Part shown: one piece after another, positions 49,294-59,349 of the stretch
How the letters are laid out: each line of letters opens with the position of its first letter
Position numbering within the stretch: position 1 is the stretch's first letter
Origin: Spirochaetia bacterium
GTDB taxonomy: Bacteria > Spirochaetota > Spirochaetia > SZUA-6 > Bin103
Direction: 5' to 3'
Length of the DNA stretch: 64,000 bases
NCBI GenBank assembly: GCA_965203905.1
Contig: CBDBDQ010000005.1
Location: forward strand, 6,016,001-6,080,000
Program-made: the position numbers and the translations under genes
The notes under the pieces: generated by a model
The model's database searches: none
The model's input: only the letters and a program-made list of their open reading frames with translations
What the model was told of the DNA's origin: nothing

Positions 49294-52200
49294 TCACGGT
49301 GTGGCCGTTGCCGCCTGGCAGACAAAGCGATATTTCCCCGAGCCCACGTCGAGCGCGACCCGGCCGTCCTCCATCCGGACGGAGCGGATCGCCTCCACCT
49401 CGGAAACGGGCTTGCCGCCCTCGGTCACCGCATCCGCGTTGTCAGCGGGCAGGTACACGGTGGCCCGCGTATTGGCCGGGATCTGCACGTCCAGGTGGAA
49501 ATTCCTCTGGTCGACCACCTTCCACTCGCTGGTGATCGTTCCGCGAATCGAGTCGTAGCTCGCCTTGAGCCAGGTGAGACCGCCGCACGGGCGCGGCCGG
49601 ATCGCGAAACGCCGGTAGCCGGGATGGTCCGCGTCAGGATTGATGCCGGCGAGCTCGCGCCAGACCCACTCGCCTACCGAGCCGAAACCGAAATGGTTCA
49701 ACGAGTTCATTTGGGGATCCCGGTGGCCGCCCCAGGGCTCGCGGCCCGCGACGAAGGCATCCCACCGCTCCCAGATCGTGGTGGCATTCTGGTCGACCAT
49801 GTATCCCCACGAGGGCACGGTCCGCAGGTTCAGCAGCCGCCACGCCTCCTCGTGGCGGCCGTTGCGCGTCAACTCCAGCAGCATGCGATGGGTGGCGTGG
49901 ATGCCGGTCGACGGATGGCCGCGGTAGCGGTCGATCGCCGCCAGCAGGTGCCGCGTTGCCGGCGCCCGCAACACCTCGTCGAGCAGCCCGAAGTGCAGCG
50001 CCAGGGCATAGCCGCCCTGCGTATCGCCGCGCACGCGGCCATCCGCGGCCACGAACTCACGGTTGAACGCGGCCTTGATCCGTTCCGCGAGCACGCCATG
50101 CTCCCTGGCGTCGTCGGTGCGGCCAAGCACGCCGGCCATCCTCGCCACGATCGCCGTGGAGTGGGCAAAGAAAGCGGTAGCGAACAATTCCTTGGGCACG
50201 GCGCTGATGCCGCGCGGGTAGTCGGGCAGCTCGGTCATGTCGCCGTTCAGCCAGTCACCCTGGTCTCCTCCCCGGCAATTCCTCCAGATCAGATCCGGGT
50301 TGTTGGCGCGCACGAACTCGATCCACCGCTTGCAGGACTCGAAGTGTTGTTCCAGCAACCTGGTGTCCGCGTAGTTCAGATAAGCGCGCCAGGGCACGAT
50401 GGTGCCGGCATCGCTCCAGGCGGGAGAGAACTCGGTATTGGCCCACTGCAGCCAGGACGGCTCCCGGGGGTGCGGCGCGATGACGGGGAAACGCCCATCC
50501 TGGAGCTGCGAGTCGCGGATGTCGCGCACCCACTTGGTGAGGAAGCCCGCCAGGTCCATAGTGAAGATCGCCGCCTGCGAGAAGGACTGAAAGTCACCCA
50601 GGAAGCCCATGCGCTCGTCACGCTGCGGGCAGTCGGTGGGCACGCTCATCAGGTTCCCCCGCAGACCCCACTCCACGCAGCCCATGACCGCATTCACCAG
50701 GTCGTTGGAGCAGGCGAAGGTGCCGGCGTCCGGCGCCGCGGAGTGGAACACCCGGCCGACCAATGCGTCCTCGGCCGGTGCCGCGGGCAGTCCGGTCAGC
50801 TCGACGTAGCGGAACCCGTGGTAGGTGAAGTGAGGTTCCACCACGGCCTCGCCGCCGCGCCAGCGATACTCGTCGCGCTGCGCAGCTTTACGCAGGTTGG
50901 CGGTGTAGAGGGTGCCGTCCTCGTTGAGCGTCTCGGCGTGACGCAGGGCGATCAGGGTTCCCGCCGGCGCTTTCGCCCTGAGGCGGCACCAGCCCACCAT
51001 GTTCTGACCCATGTCGTACACGTAGACGCCCGCGGCGGGCTCGGTCATGCGTACCGGCCGCACCTCCCTGACCACGCGGATCGGCTCGTTGCACTGCGCC
51101 ACGAGCCGGGTTCGCGGCGCCCCGTCCGGGTGTGGCAGAACCGCGACCGGTGACCAGCCGGCGGAGGCGAAACCGGGCTGGTCCCAGCCCGGCATCTCCC
51201 TGGTGGCGTCGTACGCTTCGCCGTAGTAGATGCCGGCGCGGCGGATGGGGCCGTCGTTCGTCGCCCGCCACGAGGAGTCGCTCACCACGGTTTGCCTGGA
51301 CCCGTCGCGCAACTCCAGGTCCAGCCGCAGCAGCAGGCAGCAGCGGGCCGGTCGCCGCACCCAGGTAGCGCCAATCGGCCCCGTCCACCACCCGCCGCTC
51401 AACTGTGCGCCCACGGTATTTGCTCCGGCCCGGATCAGGTCCGTGACATCGAACGTCTGGTACTGGAGGCGTGTGCCGTACAGGGTCCACTCCGGTGCCA
51501 GTAGACGATCGCCGACCCGGCCGCCGTTGATCCGCAATTCGAACAGGCCCAACCCGGTGACGGACACCGAGGCATGCTCGACCGCTGCGCCGACGGCAAA
51601 CTCCTTGCGCACCATCGTCGCCGGCTGGTCCCACGGGTCGGCCGCGCTGCTCTCCGGCGGCGCCGGATCGGCTGTGAGGTTGGCCCGCGACCAGCCGCCC
51701 ATCTCCACGGAGTCGGCAGCCGTCACGGATGCCTGGCGTGCCACGTCGCGTGAACCGGAGAGCACCTCGAGCCGAGCCAGCGCGAAGCCGAAATTGGCCC
51801 TGCCCCGACCGGCCAGCCGAGTGACGGTAAGGCGAAGGTAACGGGTGCGCACGGCCGCGAAGCGATAGTCCTGTGCCTCTCTCTCGGGGTTCGGCAGGTC
51901 GGCATCGGTCCGGTCGACCACGGTCACACGGTCGGAGAGGTCAGCCCTGCGCGCCGTCTCGAGCGTGAACCGAACCGGGAACAGGTAGCCGGACCACTCC
52001 GGTTCCCAGACGCAGTTGTATTCCGGTTCGCCCGGCTGCGTGACCCGTGGAGCAGCGGGATGGAGTCGCACGGCGTCGATCTCCAGCTCGTCGCCAAGAT
52101 CCACCGTCAGCGACTTCGGGGTGTTCGGCGAAGGTGAGAGAGTGGTCAGAAACCCGTAGCGCGGGGCGGATGGTGCGGGCCGTGCCCGGTCGCCATGGGC

Positions 52201-52581
52201 GATCCACCGGGCGTCGCCCCAGTCCGCCGGCGCCAGCAGGCCCATGCTCCAGGTTGCAGCGCTGCTCCACGGCGACGGACGCCCCGTCTTGTCCCACACG
52301 CGCACCTTCCAGTGGCAGCGCGCCCGACTGGCGAGCGGCCTGCCGGCGTACTCCACGTGCAGCGTGGCATCCGAGCGTACTTCGCCGCTGTCCCACAGAT
52401 CGCCGTCATCCGCAGCCAGCTTGTGCGGCGTCGACGCCACCAGCACCCGATAGGCGGTCTGCACCTGCGCGCGCTCCCCGGAACGCACGATCCAACTCAG
52501 CCGCGGCCGCGCCACGTCGATGCCCAACGGATCGACCAGGTACTCGCAGCGCAGTCGTTCGGGCACCAATCCCACACTCAC
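49294..52581 (-). CDS. GH78 alpha-L-rhamnosidase
   Basis: LRCEYLVDPLGID, DMGQNMVG, FTYHGFRY, PTDCPQRDERMG, ATTIWERW, SLNH. Confidence 0.92.
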   Translation of the reverse strand: MSVGLVPERLRCEYLVDPLGIDVARPRLSWIVRSGERAQVQTAYRVLVASTPHKLAADDGDLWDSGEVRSDATLHVEYAGRPLASRARCHWKVRVWDKTGRPSPWSSAATWSMGLLAPADWGDARWIAHGDRARPAPSAPRYGFLTTLSPSPNTPKSLTVDLGDELEIDAVRLHPAAPRVTQPGEPEYNCVWEPEWSGYLFPVRFTLETARRADLSDRVTVVDRTDADLPNPEREAQDYRFAAVRTRYLRLTVTRLAGRGRANFGFALARLEVLSGSRDVARQASVTAADSVEMGGWSRANLTADPAPPESSAADPWDQPATMVRKEFAVGAAVEHASVSVTGLGLFELRINGGRVGDRLLAPEWTLYGTRLQYQTFDVTDLIRAGANTVGAQLSGGWWTGPIGATWVRRPARCCLLLRLDLELRDGSRQTVVSDSSWRATNDGPIRRAGIYYGEAYDATREMPGWDQPGFASAGWSPVAVLPHPDGAPRTRLVAQCNEPIRVVREVRPVRMTEPAAGVYVYDMGQNMVGWCRLRAKAPAGTLIALRHAETLNEDGTLYTANLRKAAQRDEYRWRGGEAVVEPHFTYHGFRYVELTGLPAAPAEDALVGRVFHSAAPDAGTFACSNDLVNAVMGCVEWGLRGNLMSVPTDCPQRDERMGFLGDFQSFSQAAIFTMDLAGFLTKWVRDIRDSQLQDGRFPVIAPHPREPSWLQWANTEFSPAWSDAGTIVPWRAYLNYADTRLLEQHFESCKRWIEFVRANNPDLIWRNCRGGDQGDWLNGDMTELPDYPRGISAVPKELFATAFFAHSTAIVARMAGVLGRTDDAREHGVLAERIKAAFNREFVAADGRVRGDTQGGYALALHFGLLDEVLRAPATRHLLAAIDRYRGHPSTGIHATHRMLLELTRNGRHEEAWRLLNLRTVPSWGYMVDQNATTIWERWDAFVAGREPWGGHRDPQMNSLNHFGFGSVGEWVWRELAGINPDADHPGYRRFAIRPRPCGGLTWLKASYDSIRGTITSEWKVVDQRNFHLDVQIPANTRATVYLPADNADAVTEGGKPVSEVEAIRSVRMEDGRVALDVGSGKYRFVCQAATATP

Positions 52582-52586
52582 GTCGC

Positions 52587-54815
52587 TTACCCCGGCTCGA
52601 CGCTGATGGCAAACACTCCCTGGATCGACTCTTCGTCCTGGAGTCTCCAGCGTATCCGGCGCAGCAGGCGCGGTCTCTCGAAGCGCTTCTCCCAGAGGTC
52701 GATGCGCAGGATCTCGTAGGAAGGGTGCAGGATCGCCTCGATGGCACCGCGGGTGAACGGTGCGCGGGGATCGGACCTCCACCACCTGCAGATGACGTTG
52801 CCCCGGAGGATGTGCTCGCCATGCCTGAGCGGCTCGGCCACGGTGCCGTCTTCGAACTCGAGCCGGTATTCGGAGGCCGGCTGCCCAAGCGTGCGCGGCG
52901 CAAGTGCCGCTCCGGTGTGCACGGAGAACAGGCCGGAGCCCGGATAGCCGGCGCGGAAGTCGACGTGTCCAAGCACGGCGATCGCCTGCACCCTCCGGTT
53001 GACCGGGATGACGGCCTCCTCCCGTCCGCGGCCGATGAGCAGCGGTGACGCCGGATGTTCCGGGTGCCGTGGCGTGAACTCGATGCCATCGACGAGGAGC
53101 GGCCCCAGGACGGGGGCTCTCACGCCGTGCACCGCTCGCGCCTGCTCGATCTCCCGCTCCAGCGCCGCCTGGTCCCCCGTGATCTGTTCCAGATCCACAC
53201 TCTCCCAGGTCTCCGCCCTCCGCGGCCCGGGCAGCAGGACGCGCGGCTGTCCCGCCTCCCGCACGGGAGGATGATCGGTCTCGAAGCACATCAGTGAAAG
53301 CGCCAGCAGGTCCTGCCTGGGCTTCCCCTCCCGGTCGATCAACCCCTCTATCGTCCAGCCGTCGATGGTTGCCGGTTCCGCGCGCGTGAGTTCCGGGTAG
53401 TCCTGCCAGACCCAGAAGCAGGACCCGGCGACCCGTGCCGAGGGCCCCTCCCGTGCGTGGCGGGCGAACGTCGCGCACAGCTCGGCGAGGGTGCGCGGGT
53501 TGCCCTGCCCCACACGGCCTCCCCACTCGGTGATCACGAGCGGGAGCTCGGGGTACGACTCCATGATCCTCAGGTACGCGTTCGGGTCGCTGTCGTAGCG
53601 GTTGATCCCGTACAGCGAGAGACCGCCGGCCGCGACCATCTCCTTCACCTTGTCGACCGCCCCCGAGCAGTCGGCCATCCCGATCGGCCGGTCGCCGGGA
53701 TCCAGCTCCCGGATCGCGTCCGCGATGCGCCTGGCATACGCCGGGTCGGGATTGCACTCGTTGTAGATGAGCCACGCGAACACGGAGGGGCAGTTGCGGT
53801 CACGGAGCACCGTCCGGCGCATCGATTCGATCGCTGCTGAGGCGATCCGCTCGTCGGAGAGGTCCATGAAGCAGGCGCCGGGCTCCTCGCTCACCAGCAG
53901 GCCGAGGCGGGCGGCGATCCGGGACACCGCGGCGGCCGGCGGCGCATGCACCAGCCGGACGAAGTTGAAACCGGCGTGCTTGATCAGGGCAAGGTCGCGC
54001 TCGACCGCGGCCTGCGGCGGGCTGAACGCGTGGGAAGCCAGGAACTCGTGCCGGCAGACGCCCTTGAGCACCAGGCGCTTGCCGTTCAGGAAGAAGTCCC
54101 TGCCGCGAATCTCGAGGCGGCGGAAGCCGACGGTCTCCGCCGCGACGTCGCCGTCGGCAGCGCCGCCGCGGGCGCTCACGCTCAGCCGATAGAGGTGGGG
54201 GGACTCCGGCGACCACAACCGGGGCTCGTGCACCTCGAACTCGATCGCCTGGCCGGCGCCGGCGGAGGCCCCGGCGACCCGCAGCCCGGTCGCGACGTCC
54301 TCCAGCAACGCCTCGACCGTGGTTCCCGGCGCAGCGCCGTCGAAGGCGACCGCTACGCTGCAGGCCGCCGTGACGAAATCCTGCGACAGCTCGTAGTGGA
54401 ACTGCAGGCTGGAAATGAACGCCGCGGGACGGCGCTCGATGGAGATGCCCCTGATCAGCCCGGCATCCATCCGCCTTCCGGGAGTGAGGCCGAACGGCAC
54501 CGCCGTGTCCCGTACCCGCGCCAGCAGATGATTCGACTGTTTCAGAATGCCGGGAGGAATCTCGAAACGGTAGGGGACCCAGGGGCCGGCACGGCCGACG
54601 GGCTCCCCGTTCAAGCTGAACTCGGCTTCCGCGAGCACTCCCTCGGTGCACAGGAAATGACGCCAGGAGGCGCCATCGTCCGCGGGGTTCCAGCGGAATT
54701 CCCGCTCCAGCGTGCACTCGCCCAGCGGCTCGTAGGAGCCCGGCACCGCGACGGAGTCGATGCACCGGGTACCGACCGAGCGCTGCCACCGCCCGCCGAG
54801 TTGAATCTCAACCAT
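52587..54815 (-). CDS. GH2 glycoside hydrolase (beta-glucuronidase/galactosidase-like)
   Basis: LWSPESPHLY, GFRR, KGVCRHE, RDRNCPS...YNE, TEWG. Confidence 0.88.
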   Translation of the reverse strand: MVEIQLGGRWQRSVGTRCIDSVAVPGSYEPLGECTLEREFRWNPADDGASWRHFLCTEGVLAEAEFSLNGEPVGRAGPWVPYRFEIPPGILKQSNHLLARVRDTAVPFGLTPGRRMDAGLIRGISIERRPAAFISSLQFHYELSQDFVTAACSVAVAFDGAAPGTTVEALLEDVATGLRVAGASAGAGQAIEFEVHEPRLWSPESPHLYRLSVSARGGAADGDVAAETVGFRRLEIRGRDFFLNGKRLVLKGVCRHEFLASHAFSPPQAAVERDLALIKHAGFNFVRLVHAPPAAAVSRIAARLGLLVSEEPGACFMDLSDERIASAAIESMRRTVLRDRNCPSVFAWLIYNECNPDPAYARRIADAIRELDPGDRPIGMADCSGAVDKVKEMVAAGGLSLYGINRYDSDPNAYLRIMESYPELPLVITEWGGRVGQGNPRTLAELCATFARHAREGPSARVAGSCFWVWQDYPELTRAEPATIDGWTIEGLIDREGKPRQDLLALSLMCFETDHPPVREAGQPRVLLPGPRRAETWESVDLEQITGDQAALEREIEQARAVHGVRAPVLGPLLVDGIEFTPRHPEHPASPLLIGRGREEAVIPVNRRVQAIAVLGHVDFRAGYPGSGLFSVHTGAALAPRTLGQPASEYRLEFEDGTVAEPLRHGEHILRGNVICRWWRSDPRAPFTRGAIEAILHPSYEILRIDLWEKRFERPRLLRRIRWRLQDEESIQGVFAISVEPG

Positions 54816-55437
54816 GCGCCCACAGCACCGCTTGAGCGAGCATGCGCAGGAACAGCGGCATCGCAAAATCGGTCTGACTGCCCAGCGAGGTGTAGAATAC
54901 CCGTCCGCCGTGATGCGTTCGCGTCCAGGCCACCGGCTCGACGTGGTCTTCCGAATAGCCGGTCATGAGCAAGAACGTATCGTCGGCGATCGGCGTATTT
55001 CGGTAGAGATGCGAGTCCGATTCGAAGGCCATGATTCCCCGCAGTACTTCGTGGTCCACTGCCTGCTGTTCGATTTCTACCCGGGTTTTCGGTCCGTGGC
55101 CGTAATGATGGTTGTAATTGCCGCCGAGCACTTGCTGGTCGAAATCGAGCCAGTTCTGGTAGGCGTGACTGGCCGTTCGAACGCCCACGATCGGGCGGCC
55201 CTGGTCGCAATACCGTTTGAACCGTTCGAGCTCGGCACCTGATTCGTTGAGTCGCTGGGTATGTACCAGCAGGACGTCTGCATCTTCGACCGCAGCAAGG
55301 CTTGGATGATCGTCCCTGTCCTGGTAACTGATCAGGTACGACTCGACATCGTGATTCTGTTTCAGATAGTCCTTGAAGATCGTCAGTGTTCGGTCCGAGT
55401 CATACTCGAACGAGCCGGAAATCATGACCAGATTCAT
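54808..55437 (-). CDS. ThuA-like domain protein
   Basis: VGVRTASHA, VLGGNY, EPVAWTR..GGRVFYTSLG. Confidence 0.85.
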   Translation of the reverse strand: MNLVMISGSFEYDSDRTLTIFKDYLKQNHDVESYLISYQDRDDHPSLAAVEDADVLLVHTQRLNESGAELERFKRYCDQGRPIVGVRTASHAYQNWLDFDQQVLGGNYNHHYGHGPKTRVEIEQQAVDHEVLRGIMAFESDSHLYRNTPIADDTFLLMTGYSEDHVEPVAWTRTHHGGRVFYTSLGSQTDFAMPLFLRMLAQAVLWAHG

Positions 55438-55519
55438 TGTGATATCCTCCCTCCCCGGTAGCGGGGCGCCTTCGAGCGGCCTCACGCATCCCCCCGCGAG
55501 CCGCCCGCAGGCAGCGGCT

Positions 55520-56503
55520 TCAGGTTCCCGCGAGCAGAGCCTGGGCGAGAATCGTCTCGCACACCTCCATGGTCTTCACCGTGTCCCGGAACGGCGAGGA
55601 GGTCACCTCCGTGCCGCTCTTCAGCGAATCGATGAATTCCCGGTTCTTGGCACGGAAGCCGCCGAAGACGTAGTTCTGATCGCTGCCCGCGACCTCGAAG
55701 GCGTGGAACTCCTTGCCGTCGTAGTCGCCATCGGCGTAGAGGTACCCCCTGGCCTCGAGGTCCGCCTCCGCGTAGATCGTCGGGGCATGCATCTGCACGC
55801 GGAAGATGCGCCGGCCCGAGGCCCACGAGTTGATCACGTAGCAGCTCGCGCCGTTGTCGAAGCGCAGCGTGACCCCGATCCAGTTGATGTCCGGCACGTC
55901 GATCCGCTTGCAGTGCGACTCCACGGCCGTCACCTCGCCGCCGCAGATCCAGCGCGCGGTATCCACGGCGTGGGTGCAGTCGTCCATCATGTGGTCGCGG
56001 GGACCGAGGACCGGCTCGATGGCGCACTTGTAGAACTCCACCAACGCGTGGATGATCGGCCCCCGCTCCAGGCACGCCTCCCGCAAGTGGCGCAGCAGGG
56101 GGGCCGACCGGCGCTGGTGGCTGACCTGGGTGATGCAGCCGTTCTCCTGCGCCAGGTATGCCAGCGACCGCGCCTGGTGGATCGTGAGCCCCAGCGGCTT
56201 CTCGATGTAGAGGTTCAGCTTCTGCTCCAGGCACCAGCTCCAGATGTCGTACATCAGGTGCGGCTGGCCGATCACGTACACGCCATCCGGTTTCACCTGC
56301 TGCAGCATCTGCCGGTAGTCGTCGAACCGGCGCTCGCGGGAGATGCCGAAGTCGTCCCCGATGGCGTGCAGGAGGTCGGGCACCAGGTCGCAGATCCCGA
56401 CGATCTCCACGTCGTCGAACGATCGCAGCGACGGATGATGCACGGCGCGCGCCATGCCGCCGCAGCCCACGACCGCTACCGAAACCTTGCTCTGGGCACT
56501 CAT
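55520..56503 (-). CDS. Gfo/Idh/MocA oxidoreductase
   Basis: VGCGGMA, IEKP, DDCTHAVD. Confidence 0.9.
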   Translation of the reverse strand: MSAQSKVSVAVVGCGGMARAVHHPSLRSFDDVEIVGICDLVPDLLHAIGDDFGISRERRFDDYRQMLQQVKPDGVYVIGQPHLMYDIWSWCLEQKLNLYIEKPLGLTIHQARSLAYLAQENGCITQVSHQRRSAPLLRHLREACLERGPIIHALVEFYKCAIEPVLGPRDHMMDDCTHAVDTARWICGGEVTAVESHCKRIDVPDINWIGVTLRFDNGASCYVINSWASGRRIFRVQMHAPTIYAEADLEARGYLYADGDYDGKEFHAFEVAGSDQNYVFGGFRAKNREFIDSLKSGTEVTSSPFRDTVKTMEVCETILAQALLAGT

Positions 56504-57357
56504 TTGGACCACTCTTCGTACACGAACGGCTCGGAGACACTCTGCTCGGTCATCAGGTAGCTGATGTAGGCCATGTCATAGCGCAGGTTCGGCAGCACGG
56601 CGTTTCCCATATATTGCCCTCCGGTGGCTTCATCCGTGTACTCCGCAACCAGGCACAGGTCCTTGCGGTAGTCGCGTTTGCGGAGTTCCTCCAGCGTCGC
56701 ACGCCAGGAATAGCCCGCATGCTGGGCCGAGGTCCAATAGATTTCCCAGGTGGGCTCGACCTCGTTGACCCCGTTGGTGCGGAGATGCGAGGCGCTCTTC
56801 ATATTGATCAGGCACAGGTGGGACCAAGTGATGTCGATGGCCATCTCCGGCGGCTCGCCGTCCACCGCGCAGTGCCCGGGATCGAGCACCGCGCTCACCA
56901 CCGCGGGGTCGTAGTTCTCGATCAGGTGCATGATGCCGATGGCGCTGCCCACGCACCAGTCGCAGTGGTTCTGCACGCCGATGCTCACCCCGTGCCGCTC
57001 CAGCGCCGGCACCAGGGCGTCGTACCCGGCGCGGACGCGCGCCTCGTTCTCGAAGTAGCTGCCGTGCTCGCGCTGGATGCCGACGCACACCCGGATGACG
57101 TGGCACCCCGCCGCGGCGCAGGCCTCGATGGTGCGCTCGTCCGTGGGCCCGGCGACGCTGCCGATCGCCACCCCCTGGTCGCCCAGGATCCTGGCCGCTT
57201 CCGGCAGGCCCCTGGCGACGTTCTCGGGGGTGACCTGGTAGCCCGGCCGCACCGGCAACTCCACGCCGTCGAACCCAAGCCCCTTCACCAGTTTCCCCAG
57301 GGCTTCGAGACTGAGCTCCGGCCACGGCTTGGAGAACACCGTCAGTCGGTTGTTCAT
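56500..57357 (-). CDS. Sugar phosphate isomerase/epimerase (xylose-isomerase-like TIM barrel)
   Basis: LGFDGVEL, QNH, LDPGH. Confidence 0.85.
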   Translation of the reverse strand: MNNRLTVFSKPWPELSLEALGKLVKGLGFDGVELPVRPGYQVTPENVARGLPEAARILGDQGVAIGSVAGPTDERTIEACAAAGCHVIRVCVGIQREHGSYFENEARVRAGYDALVPALERHGVSIGVQNHCDWCVGSAIGIMHLIENYDPAVVSAVLDPGHCAVDGEPPEMAIDITWSHLCLINMKSASHLRTNGVNEVEPTWEIYWTSAQHAGYSWRATLEELRKRDYRKDLCLVAEYTDEATGGQYMGNAVLPNLRYDMAYISYLMTEQSVSEPFVYEEWSK

Positions 57358-57372
57358 GGCACCACTCCTCAA

Positions 57373-57393
57373 GGGATCGGTCTAACCGAACCC
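57373..57393. promoter_or_regulatory. Palindromic operator, GntR/FadR-like
   Basis: GGGATCGGT-CTA-ACCGAACCC just upstream of the RBS. Confidence 0.5.
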
Positions 57394-57449
57394 AATTCCT
57401 GACGATGTTCCTGTCCACCGTTGGCTGTCAACCAACACGCGAACTGAAC

Positions 57450-58316
57450 TCACGGGTTGCTGGTTCGCTGCGGACTGTGCTCCCACTGCGCCACGACCTG
57501 CTCCCAACTCGGAATCCGGCTCGGGTCCCGCGCGCTGCGGACCGCGTGGCGCATGCCGTGGAACCACAGGTGATCTCCGATCGGAGTGCCCCCCGGGCTG
57601 AAGCGGAAGTCGATCGACCAGCGGACGGTGGCTGCGCCGCCGATAGTGGAGCGATGGAACAGGTGATTGTGAAAGATCACGAAGTCGCCGCGGTCCATGG
57701 ACATGGTGACGGCCTCCCGCCCCGCCGCCGGATCGTGCTGCGGCGTACTGCCGCCCGAGGGGTGGTCGCGGTTGCCATGCTCCTGGATCGGGAGAAGATG
57801 GGTGCCGGGGAGGAACTCCATGGCCCCGTTTGTGCGGTCCACCGGCACCAGCGCCACCCACACCGTGGGCCAGTGGTACTGCTCCGTATCCTTCATGTAG
57901 CCCGAGTCCTGGTGCCACGGAAGACCGGACACTTCCTCCGCCGGCAGCTTGGGGCGAAGCAGCCAGTCGCCGCTGACCTGCACCTCCGGGCCGATCAGCG
58001 ACTCCACCACGTCCACGATCGCCGGATGCGTCCACAGGGCGTAGAGCTCGCGGCCGAACACGCACGCGTGCCAGGTGGTGTGTTCCTCCGGTCCGCCCTG
58101 TTCCTGCCGCAGCCGGTACCAGCGGGTGGTAAACGGTTGGTCGGCAAACAGATCGGTGACTTCTCCCCGTGCGTACATCGCCCGCGCGCGCCGGTCGACC
58201 TCCGCCTCCAGGACCCCGATGAAGGAGTCGAGGACGGCCTGGGGAAGCGCATCCCGTACCACCAGATATCCCTGCGCCGCATAGTTCCTGCACTGTTCCC
58301 CGGTCAGATGAGCCAC
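57450..58316 (-). CDS. PhyH-family dioxygenase
   Basis: PWHQDSGY, NGAMEFLPGTH, FHRS, RWSIDFRF. Confidence 0.88.
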   Translation of the reverse strand: MAHLTGEQCRNYAAQGYLVVRDALPQAVLDSFIGVLEAEVDRRARAMYARGEVTDLFADQPFTTRWYRLRQEQGGPEEHTTWHACVFGRELYALWTHPAIVDVVESLIGPEVQVSGDWLLRPKLPAEEVSGLPWHQDSGYMKDTEQYHWPTVWVALVPVDRTNGAMEFLPGTHLLPIQEHGNRDHPSGGSTPQHDPAAGREAVTMSMDRGDFVIFHNHLFHRSTIGGAATVRWSIDFRFSPGGTPIGDHLWFHGMRHAVRSARDPSRIPSWEQVVAQWEHSPQRTSNP

Positions 58317-58547
58317 GCGCGTCCACCAACGCAACAGTAGCGCTCCCGATCACCGGCCGCAACCCTCCGGCCGCGATCCGCCGGCCATGCCGACCGTCGA
58401 ACGCCTAGGTAGCTGCTTGAGGCTACAACTACTTGAAGCTAGAAACAAGCGCCGCAACCGAGTATTGCCGGCGTGGTGCTGCCTGCGCCGCTTGCACCGG
58501 CGCCGGGATTGCCGGCAGCATTGCCCATGGGGAGGACGCTAAGGACC

Positions 58548-59321
58548 GTGGCGGACAGGCTCAAGGACAAGGTGGCGCTGGTTACCGGCGCCGGCTCCGG
58601 CATCGGTGCGACGACGGCGACCCTGTTCGCGCGGGAAGGCGCCGCCGTGGCGCTGGCCGACCTGCGGCCGGAACCGGTGCGGGAGCGAGCCGCGGGGATT
58701 TCCGCCGGCGGCGCCGCGGCGTTGGCACTGGCCGGCGACGTGGCGTGCAGCGCGGACGCCGAGCGGCTGGTGGCGGCGACCGTCGAGCGCTTCGGCGGCC
58801 TCGACATCCTGGTCAACTGCGCCGGGGTTACGCCCCGCTACGCGCCCGAGGACTGGGACTTCGAGCAGACCTGGGACTGGGTGCTGAGCGTCAACCTCAA
58901 GGGCACCTACCTGATGTCACGCTACGCCACTGCCGCGATGCGGCGTCGCGGCGGCGGGGCGGTGGTCAACCTGTCGTCGATCTACGGGCTGGTGGGACGG
59001 CCGGCGTTCTTCGGCACCGGGCACGACCCGTACCCGCCCAGCAAGGGGGCGATCGTGACGCTCACCAGGGACATGGCAAACTCCTTCGGCGCCGACGGCA
59101 TCCGCGTCAACGCGCTGTGTCCCGGGTTCATCTACACCCACATGACGCGCACGCTCACCGAGGACCCGGAGTGGCTGCGCCAGATGCTGGCGATGGAACC
59201 GCTGGGACGCCTGGGACAGCCGGAGGAGGTGGCCAAGGCGGCGCTGTTCCTGGCCTCCGACGATGCCTCCTTCATCACCGGCGTGGCGCTCCCGGTCGAC
59301 GGCGGCTACACCTCGCAGTAG
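58548..59321 (+). CDS. SDR-family oxidoreductase
   Basis: TGAGSGIG, NCAG, YPPSKG, VDGG. Confidence 0.92.
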   Translation: MADRLKDKVALVTGAGSGIGATTATLFAREGAAVALADLRPEPVRERAAGISAGGAAALALAGDVACSADAERLVAATVERFGGLDILVNCAGVTPRYAPEDWDFEQTWDWVLSVNLKGTYLMSRYATAAMRRRGGGAVVNLSSIYGLVGRPAFFGTGHDPYPPSKGAIVTLTRDMANSFGADGIRVNALCPGFIYTHMTRTLTEDPEWLRQMLAMEPLGRLGQPEEVAKAALFLASDDASFITGVALPVDGGYTSQ

Positions 59322-59349
59322 CGGCCGGGAAGCGGCCGGCTGCCGACCG

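Noticed and set aside
49294-53775. 1493-aa ORF as one protein
   Set aside because: GH78 similarity begins near 52581; the upstream part overlaps the GH2 gene in another frame
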